DNA from: Alphaproteobacteria bacterium
GTDB taxonomy: Bacteria; Pseudomonadota; Alphaproteobacteria; UBA828
Assembly (NCBI GenBank): GCA_963667785.2
Contig: CAXXMU010000002.1
Location: 32,001-96,000 of the forward strand
DNA: 64,000 bases
Direction of reading: 5' to 3'
Positions within the stretch are counted from its first letter, which is position 1, and the number at the start of each line of letters is the position of its first letter. Both the position numbers and the translations under genes were made by a program. Below, piece by piece: positions 56,791 through 64,000 of this stretch. The notes beneath the pieces were generated by a model. It did not search any database. It was not told the origin of the DNA and saw only the letters and a list, made by a program, of their open reading frames with translations.

Positions 56791-59286
56791 ATGGCTGAAA
56801 CACTCCCCGCTTCCCGCGTGGTGCCCTCCCTTGCTGGTCGCATGCCGATGCAGTGCCAGCGCGACCTCGACGGTTTGCGCAGTTTCATTCATTCCACCAT
56901 CGGGGAGGAATCGCCGGCCGAACCGGTATCTGCAAACGACTTCCGGGAAGTGCTGCTGACCGGCGCCACCGGGTTCGTGGGCCGCTTTCTGTTGCGCGAT
57001 CTCCTGCTGCAAGACGATAGCCTCGTCGTGCATTGCCTGGTCCGCGCGGACGGCGTCGAGCATGGCTTCGCGCGGATACGCGCCGCCCTGGAGCACGCCG
57101 AGATCTGGGACGACGCATTCGGGCCGCGCATCCGGGTCGTGGCCGGGGATATCCGCGCGCCTCGATTGGGTCTGAGCGATGCGAAATTCGACGATCTGTG
57201 CCGACGCATCGACGCGGTCTACCACCTCGCCGCCGACCTCTCCCTCGTGTCGTCCTACGCCTCGATACGCGACGTGAACGCGACCAGTCTTCGCAATGTG
57301 CTCGCGTTGTGCCTGCGAACGCGTTTCAAGCACGTCTTCTACGCTTCCACGATGGCCGTTTTCCCCGAGTACTTCTGCAATTTCTCGAACGAATTCAGTC
57401 GCAGTCGTATCGGACATCACATGCAGCCCGATCTGGCAACTATGAAGAGGCTGTTGCCGCTCGGTTTCCTTGGATACCCGTGGAGCAAGCTCGTTTCCGA
57501 GCAGGTCCTGCTCTTCGCGAACGCGGCCGGACTGCCGGTGGCGATTTTTCGCCTGCCGCAGACGGGGATGTCCAGCACAGGTTTCACGAACGCGAGCGCC
57601 GTCGCGCTCTCCATCTACCTCGCGGCGATACAGATCGAAATGGCTCCCGCCGGCTTCTCCATACAGAGCTGTGCCGAGCCGGTGGATACGCTCACCGAGA
57701 TATGCGCCGCAATCTCGGCGAATCCCGAGCGGCGGTTCACGATCTACCATTGCTGCGATCCGCAACCTCCGCATGACGATTTCGGGCCGGCCGATTTCGG
57801 ACTCTACTTGCGCGAAGTTCCATACGAGACGTTCAAGCGTGCCTGCGAGGCGCTTGGAGAGCGCTCTCCGCTGCACGGGCTGTGGACCCTGCTCGATTTC
57901 TTCGCATCGTACTGGTTCGCGGACGGCGAGGCCCGCGGCGTCGCTCCGGTCGACGATCGCGCCATTCGCGAGGACTGTCCCTTTCCTGTCCGGTGGCCGG
58001 CATTGCTCCTCCGGCATTCGCGCTCCTACGACTGGATACGGCGACAGGGCGATGGGTGGCCCTATCCGGTGCCGAAAGCCCGCCTGGACCTCGACCGCCT
58101 GATGGCGCAGGCCGAGGGTTACGCCGAACGCGTCGGCGTTCCCTTCGACCACACGTTTCCCGCGTGGATGCGTACGGGATTCCAGCGCCTTGTGGAGGTA
58201 CTCAGCGCACCACAGGCCGGATTGCTGGAGGAGAGACGCCCGCATCTCGTCTACGAACTGAACCGCCAGCTTCGCAACAATGCGGCGCTCGCCCGCGAGT
58301 GGCAGCAGCACCCCGAGATCGAGCGCGAGGAGATCGTGCGTCCGGTGTTCATCGTGGGGATCAATCGAACCGGCACCACGTTTCTGCACCGCATGATGGC
58401 GCGCGACGAAAGGTTCTGGACGCTGCGACGCTACGAGCTGTCGGAGCCGGTCCTGTCAAGCGGGGCGTACGATACCGTGGCGCGCACCGCCGGCGACCCG
58501 CGCCGACTTCACGTGAAGGAGGTGCTGGACTCCATTCGGGTCGTGGATCAGTTCGCCGAAATGCACCGCATCGACATCGACGAGCCCGAGGAGGATTTCC
58601 CGATCCTCAGGCAGTCCTTCGCATCCTGGGTCAACGCCGTCGCGTACTACGTGCCGGACTACCGCAGCTGGCTTGCCGCCACCGGTTCGGACAATGCCTA
58701 CGCCTATCACCGTCGCGTCATGCGGCACTTCACCTGGCAGCGCCGGCAGCGCGAGCGCGACGCCCGGAAGGCTTGGTTGTTCAAGATGCCCTTCCATCTC
58801 ATGGAGCTGGAGGCACTGCTCGCGAATTACCCGGATGCGGTTTTCATCCAGACCCATCGCGAGCCCACGCAGTTCATGGGATCGTGGAACAGCCTTGTGG
58901 ACCGGATACGCTCCGTCTCCATCGAGCCGCGCCCGCGGCACGACACCGGTGCCGAGCAGCTGGACCTGATGAGCGGCATGCTCAACGAGGCGATGCGGTT
59001 CCGGGCGTCGTGCCCCGAGCTCGAGGCGCGCTGGGTCGATGTGAACTACCGCGACCTGGTCGAGAACCCGATGGGGGTGGTCAGCGAAATTTACGAACGG
59101 TTCGATTGGCGGCTCGAGCCGGCGGCTACGGCCGAAATGGAGAGTTGGCTCGAACGGCAGGCGGAACAGCGTCGGCAAGAGCCGCCGCATCGATACAACC
59201 TGGAGGACTTCGGCCTCAACACAGAACGGGTCTCAGCCGCATTTGCGCCGTATCGGGAGTTCGTTGGCTCGCGGAAGATTGCGTAG
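56791..59286 (+). CDS. Thioester reductase (R) - sulfotransferase fusion, SwfB-like
   Basis: R domain: VLLTGATGFVG, CLVRA, GDI...LGL, YHLAA, YAST, GYPWSK (YxxxK). ST domain: PVFIVGINRTGTTFLH (PAPS loop), WLFKMP.H, FIQTHREP, V.Y.DLV.NP. Confidence 0.92.
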   Translation: MAETLPASRVVPSLAGRMPMQCQRDLDGLRSFIHSTIGEESPAEPVSANDFREVLLTGATGFVGRFLLRDLLLQDDSLVVHCLVRADGVEHGFARIRAALEHAEIWDDAFGPRIRVVAGDIRAPRLGLSDAKFDDLCRRIDAVYHLAADLSLVSSYASIRDVNATSLRNVLALCLRTRFKHVFYASTMAVFPEYFCNFSNEFSRSRIGHHMQPDLATMKRLLPLGFLGYPWSKLVSEQVLLFANAAGLPVAIFRLPQTGMSSTGFTNASAVALSIYLAAIQIEMAPAGFSIQSCAEPVDTLTEICAAISANPERRFTIYHCCDPQPPHDDFGPADFGLYLREVPYETFKRACEALGERSPLHGLWTLLDFFASYWFADGEARGVAPVDDRAIREDCPFPVRWPALLLRHSRSYDWIRRQGDGWPYPVPKARLDLDRLMAQAEGYAERVGVPFDHTFPAWMRTGFQRLVEVLSAPQAGLLEERRPHLVYELNRQLRNNAALAREWQQHPEIEREEIVRPVFIVGINRTGTTFLHRMMARDERFWTLRRYELSEPVLSSGAYDTVARTAGDPRRLHVKEVLDSIRVVDQFAEMHRIDIDEPEEDFPILRQSFASWVNAVAYYVPDYRSWLAATGSDNAYAYHRRVMRHFTWQRRQRERDARKAWLFKMPFHLMELEALLANYPDAVFIQTHREPTQFMGSWNSLVDRIRSVSIEPRPRHDTGAEQLDLMSGMLNEAMRFRASCPELEARWVDVNYRDLVENPMGVVSEIYERFDWRLEPAATAEMESWLERQAEQRRQEPPHRYNLEDFGLNTERVSAAFAPYREFVGSRKIA

Positions 59287-59355
59287 CCCCATGGCGTATC
59301 GATAGGAGTGGGCGCAGCCGCCGCCCACCGTTCCAGTTCTGGGGGCGATACGGCC

Positions 59356-59529
59356 ATGAGCGTCTGCCCCGGGGTAACACCCAGGATTGTCGGGGTGAAG
59401 TTCCAGGGGATCAGGTCGTCGATGCATGACATGGGGTGCATGTCGACCGACGATCCGGCGCAGGGTGTCGGCGAGATACGCCTGCGGATTGACGTCGCTG
59501 AGTTTGCAGGTGCCGATGAGGCTGGCGCT
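59356..59529 (-). mobile_element. IS66-family transposase (TnpC) C-terminal relic
   Basis: ASLIGTCKLSDVNPQAYLADTLRRIV followed by DMHPMSCIDDLIPWNF, the typical IS66 C-terminus, split by a 4-bp GTCG duplication. Confidence 0.8.
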
Positions 59530-59636
59530 CCGCGCCGAAGGGCGGATCAGGAACAAAAGTGCAAAACCGTTCCCGAAAAAGTGTAAAACAAGATGCAGAA
59601 GTGTTGACCTATTGTTCTCTAAGTTATTGAGTTGAA

Positions 59637-59712
59637 TGGTACGCCCGCCTGGACTCGAACCAGGGACCCTCTGATTAAAAGTCAGATGCTCTACCGCCTG
59701 AGCTACGGGCGC
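59637..59712 (-). tRNA. tRNA-Lys (UUU)
   Basis: GCGCCCGTAGCTCAGGCGGTAGAGCATCTGACTTTTAATCAGAGGGTCCCTGGTTCGAGTCCAGGCGGGCGTACCA: 76 nt, TTT anticodon, encoded CCA. Confidence 0.97.
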
Positions 59713-59725
59713 GCCCTGTCGCGAG

Positions 59726-59754
59726 ACGATAGGGAGGCGCCGGCGGAGGGTCAA
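59726..59754 (-). promoter_or_regulatory. sigma70 promoter of tRNA-Lys
   Basis: Minus-strand TTGACC-N17-TATCGT immediately upstream of the tRNA. Confidence 0.6.
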
Positions 59755-59855
59755 GCGGCCGTCCCCGCCGTATTCCCGTTTCATACCCGCCGCGTTCGCG
59801 CCGCGTCCCTGCCGCCGTTTCGGCCGCCGGGCGGGGGCTGTAGAGTGTCACCGCC

Positions 59856-61031
59856 ATGAACCAGCACGAGAAGCCGGCCCTGCTGCCGACCGGTCTGCGC
59901 GACCTGCTGCCGCCCGACGCGGGCGCCGAGGCCGCGCTTGCCGAGGCGTTGCTCGCGCGCTTCGCGGCCCACGGCTACGAACGGGTCAAGCCGCCGCTGG
60001 TCGAGTTCGAGGACAGCCTGCTGAGCGGCGCCGGCGCCGGGCTCGCCGACCAGACCTTCCGCCTGATGGACCCGGCCTCGCACCGCATGCTGGCGCTCCG
60101 CAGCGACCTCACGCCGCAGATCGCGCGCATCGCGGCCTCCCGCCTCACCCGCAGCCCGAGGCCGCTGCGCCTCAGCTACGCCGGCGAGATCCTGCGGGTG
60201 CGGGGCAGCGAGCTCCGGCCGGAGCGCCAGTTCCGCCAGGTCGGCTTCGAGCTGATCGGCATCGGCGCCGGCGCCGCCTGCGATGCCGAGGTCATCCTGC
60301 TGGCCGCAGATGCGCTCGCCGGCCTCGGGATCGAGGAAGGCCTCTCCGTGGATCTCAACGCGCCGACTCTGGTGGCGTCGCTGCTGGATGACGCAGGTCT
60401 CGACGCCGGCCAGGCGGTGCCGCTACGCGAGGCGCTGGATCGCAAGGACGCGACCGCGGTGGCCGAGGCGGGCGGCGAGGTGGCGGAGCGCCTGCTCTCC
60501 CTGCTGCGCGCCACCGGCCCGGCGGAGACGGCGCTTGATGCGCTCGGGCCGCTCGCGCTCCCCGGCGCGGCGGGGAGGGCGCTGGCCGCGCTGACCGGGA
60601 TCGCGGCGCTGCTGCGCGAGGCGGCGCCGGCGCTCCCCATCACCGTCGACCCGGTGGAATGGCGCGGCTTCGAGTACCACACCGGTACGGGCTTCAGCCT
60701 GTTCGCCGGCGGCGTGCGCACCGAGCTCGGCCGCGGCGGCCGCTATTCGGTGGGCGACACCGGCGCGGACGAGGAGGCCGTCGGCTGCACGCTCTACCTC
60801 GATACGCTGCTGCGCGCCGCGCCCGCGCCCCCGGCGCCCCGCCGGATCTATCTGCCCTACGGCACCGCGCGGGCGGCCGGCGCCGCGCTCCGCGAGGAGG
60901 GCTGGATCACCGTCGCCGGCCTCGCGCCCGCGGACGACCCGGCGGCGGAGGCCGCGCGGCTCGGCTGCGATCACCTCTGGCAGGCCGGCGGCGCACGCCC
61001 GCTCGCCGCTGTGGACGGCGAAGAGGGCTGA
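59856..61031 (+). CDS. hisZ: ATP phosphoribosyltransferase regulatory subunit
   Basis: [62 protein letters not shown]. Lies upstream of purA. Confidence 0.93.
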   Translation: MNQHEKPALLPTGLRDLLPPDAGAEAALAEALLARFAAHGYERVKPPLVEFEDSLLSGAGAGLADQTFRLMDPASHRMLALRSDLTPQIARIAASRLTRSPRPLRLSYAGEILRVRGSELRPERQFRQVGFELIGIGAGAACDAEVILLAADALAGLGIEEGLSVDLNAPTLVASLLDDAGLDAGQAVPLREALDRKDATAVAEAGGEVAERLLSLLRATGPAETALDALGPLALPGAAGRALAALTGIAALLREAAPALPITVDPVEWRGFEYHTGTGFSLFAGGVRTELGRGGRYSVGDTGADEEAVGCTLYLDTLLRAAPAPPAPRRIYLPYGTARAAGAALREEGWITVAGLAPADDPAAEAARLGCDHLWQAGGARPLAAVDGEEG

Positions 61032-61033
61032 GC

Positions 61034-62326
<1,293 letters not shown>

Positions 62327-62329
<3 letters not shown>

Positions 62330-62552
62330 AGCATTATCCGACCATACGAGGTCACCACGGCTTGACTCCCACCTCCCCCTGTCCCCCTCCCCCAAGGGCG
62401 GAGGGGGAACGCGACGGCGCCGCCTTCTCTCCCTCTCCGCCCTTGGGGGCGGAGAGGGCCGGGGTGAGGTGGGGGAAGCTCGGGCAACACCGCACGAAGA
62501 TTGGGCACCCGCAGCAACTCGCTGCGATCGTGTCTGAACGAAAAGTGCTCTA
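62327..62552. repeat. Intergenic palindromic repeat, family A copy 3 (TAGAGCA...TGCTCTA ends)
   Basis: 7-bp terminal IR TAGAGCA/TGCTCTA. Double-hairpin core shared with 14305-14538 and 26724-26937. Confidence 0.85.
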
Positions 62553-62563
62553 GCCCGGGGAAG

Positions 62564-64000
62564 TCAGGCCAGCGGAAGCGCCGCGCCGTCCGCGCCGAGC
62601 GGGTCGATGGGCGTGGGCGTCGCGGCGGGGATGGCCTCCTCAATCGCCGCAGCCGCCCGCAGCACCGCCGCCTCGCCGCGCGGGGGGCCCAGGATCTGCA
62701 GGCCCACCGGCAGCCCGGACGCGGTGAAGCCCACCGGCACCGAGGCGGAAGGACACGCGGTCAGCGTCAGCACGAAGGTCATGCCCAGCCAGTCGACGTA
62801 GTTGTCGAAGCGGTGGCCCTCGATCTCGTCGACCCAGCGCGTGTCCACGTCGAAGGGCGGCACGATCACGCAGGGGCAGAGCAGCAGCTCGTGGCGCTCG
62901 AAGAAGCGCACGCAGCGCTGGTAGATGACGCCGCGCGCCCGCTCCGCCCGGGCGATCCTGTCGGCGTCGAGCGCGAGGCCCTTCTCGATGTTCCAGATGA
63001 TCTCCGGCTTGAGCGCGTCGCGGTGGGTCTCGAGCAGCTCGCCCTTGTCGGCGGCGAAAAGCGCGGCCCGCAGCACCTGGAAGACGTCGATGGCGCCCGC
63101 GAGGTCCGGGCAGGCGTCCGCGATCTCGACGCCGGCGCCCGCGAGCGTCTCCACCGCGCCGACGCAGAGGGCGGCGACCTCGCGGTCCACCGGCAGCAGG
63201 CCGAGATCGGGACTCCAGCCGACGCGCTGCGGCAGCGCCGCCTGCGCCACCGCGTCCGCAAAACTCTCCGCCGGCGCCTCGATGGACAGCGGGTCCTCGG
63301 GATGGGCGCCGGCCATGGCGTCGAGCATTAGCGCGCAGTCCCGCGCGTCGCGTGCCATGGGGCCGTCCACCATCAGCCCTTCGAAGGGCAGGCGCTTGGG
63401 CCCGTGCGCGACCCGGCCCGGGCTCGGGCGGAAGCCGAAGACGCTGCAGAAGCTCGCGGGGATCCGCAGGCTGCCGCCGAGGTCCGAGCCGGTCGCGAGC
63501 CAGACCTGGCCCACGGCCAGCGCCGTCGACGAGCCGCCGGAGGAGCCGCCACAGGTCTTGTCGGTGTTCCACGGGTTCCGGGTCTTGCCGAAGACCTCGT
63601 TGAAGGTGTTGGCGCCGGCGCCGAACTCGGGCGTGTTGGACTTGCCGATGACGATGGCGCCGCGCGCCTCCAGGGTCTCCACCGCCACGTCGGAGCGCGG
63701 CGGCACGTGGTCGGCGTAGATGGGCGAGCCCCAGGTCGTGCGCACGCCTTCGACCGGCACCAGGTCCTTGACCGCAATGGGCACGCCGCCGAGCCAGCCT
63801 TCGGGGCGTTCCGCGCCCGCTCCGTCCGCCATGATCCGCTCGGCATGGGCGCGCGCCCGCTCGATGCAGAGCGTCGGGATTGCGTTGAGGTGCCCGTCGG
63901 TGGCGGCGATGCGGTCTACGCTCGCCTCCACCAGCTCCAGCGGCGAGACCTCGCGCCGTCGCAGCAGGTCCACGACCTCGGTCGCGCTGAGCCGCCAGAG
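62564..64000 (-). CDS. Amidase (amidase-signature family), start beyond window edge
   Basis: GVPIAVKD, GKSNTPEF, GGSSGGS, GSDLGGSLRIPA, GLPVGLQ. Confidence 0.92.
   Translation of the reverse strand, partial: LWRLSATEVVDLLRRREVSPLELVEASVDRIAATDGHLNAIPTLCIERARAHAERIMADGAGAERPEGWLGGVPIAVKDLVPVEGVRTTWGSPIYADHVPPRSDVAVETLEARGAIVIGKSNTPEFGAGANTFNEVFGKTRNPWNTDKTCGGSSGGSSTALAVGQVWLATGSDLGGSLRIPASFCSVFGFRPSPGRVAHGPKRLPFEGLMVDGPMARDARDCALMLDAMAGAHPEDPLSIEAPAESFADAVAQAALPQRVGWSPDLGLLPVDREVAALCVGAVETLAGAGVEIADACPDLAGAIDVFQVLRAALFAADKGELLETHRDALKPEIIWNIEKGLALDADRIARAERARGVIYQRCVRFFERHELLLCPCVIVPPFDVDTRWVDEIEGHRFDNYVDWLGMTFVLTLTACPSASVPVGFTASGLPVGLQILGPPRGEAAVLRAAAAIEEAIPAATPTPIDPLGADGAALPLA

Larger units (their letters stand above)
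40071..59683. mobile_element. Genomic island (~19.6 kb) integrated at tRNA-Lys(UUU), no integrase seen
   Basis: Flanking 47-bp direct repeats, AT-rich inner ends, visibly lower GC than the flanks (not computed), and IS66 and SDR relics. Confidence 0.9.

Overview
GC-rich chromosomal DNA, most consistent with an alphaproteobacterium (cnoX-LON-Trm112-DUF971 cluster, hisZ-purA, TAGAGC/CTAG-ended intergenic palindromes). The left 40 kb is mostly catabolic: an orphan TmoE-like diiron monooxygenase beta subunit upstream of thiolase/ECH/ACAD genes, a Pot-type ABC transporter, TcuA, an OYE, PPK2, a class III aminotransferase, GMC oxidoreductases, two hydantoinase A/B pairs, tRNA-Met, a non-pyrrolysine MttB and a Rieske oxygenase with its ferredoxin. 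The main feature is a ~19.6 kb island inserted at the 3' end of tRNA-Lys(UUU), bounded by an exact 47-bp direct repeat (40071-40117 / 59637-59683). It has no visible integrase but carries IS66 and SDR relics. Its cargo is a single-module highly reducing type I PKS/FAS (KS-AT-DH-pseudoMT-ER-KR-ACP), a fused thioester-reductase/sulfotransferase, a cobalamin-dependent radical SAM enzyme, an RND pump and a serine hydrolase. As I recall it, this gene set matches the swf-type clusters of sponge symbionts, and it predicts an exported, possibly methyl-branched alkyl sulfate lipid. Also present are a family of MITE-like elements whose ends coincide with stop codons, a structured potA leader with a probable ATA start, and two single-base frameshifts in housekeeping genes that may be assembly errors. 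All calls come from motif recognition by eye; no searches were run.
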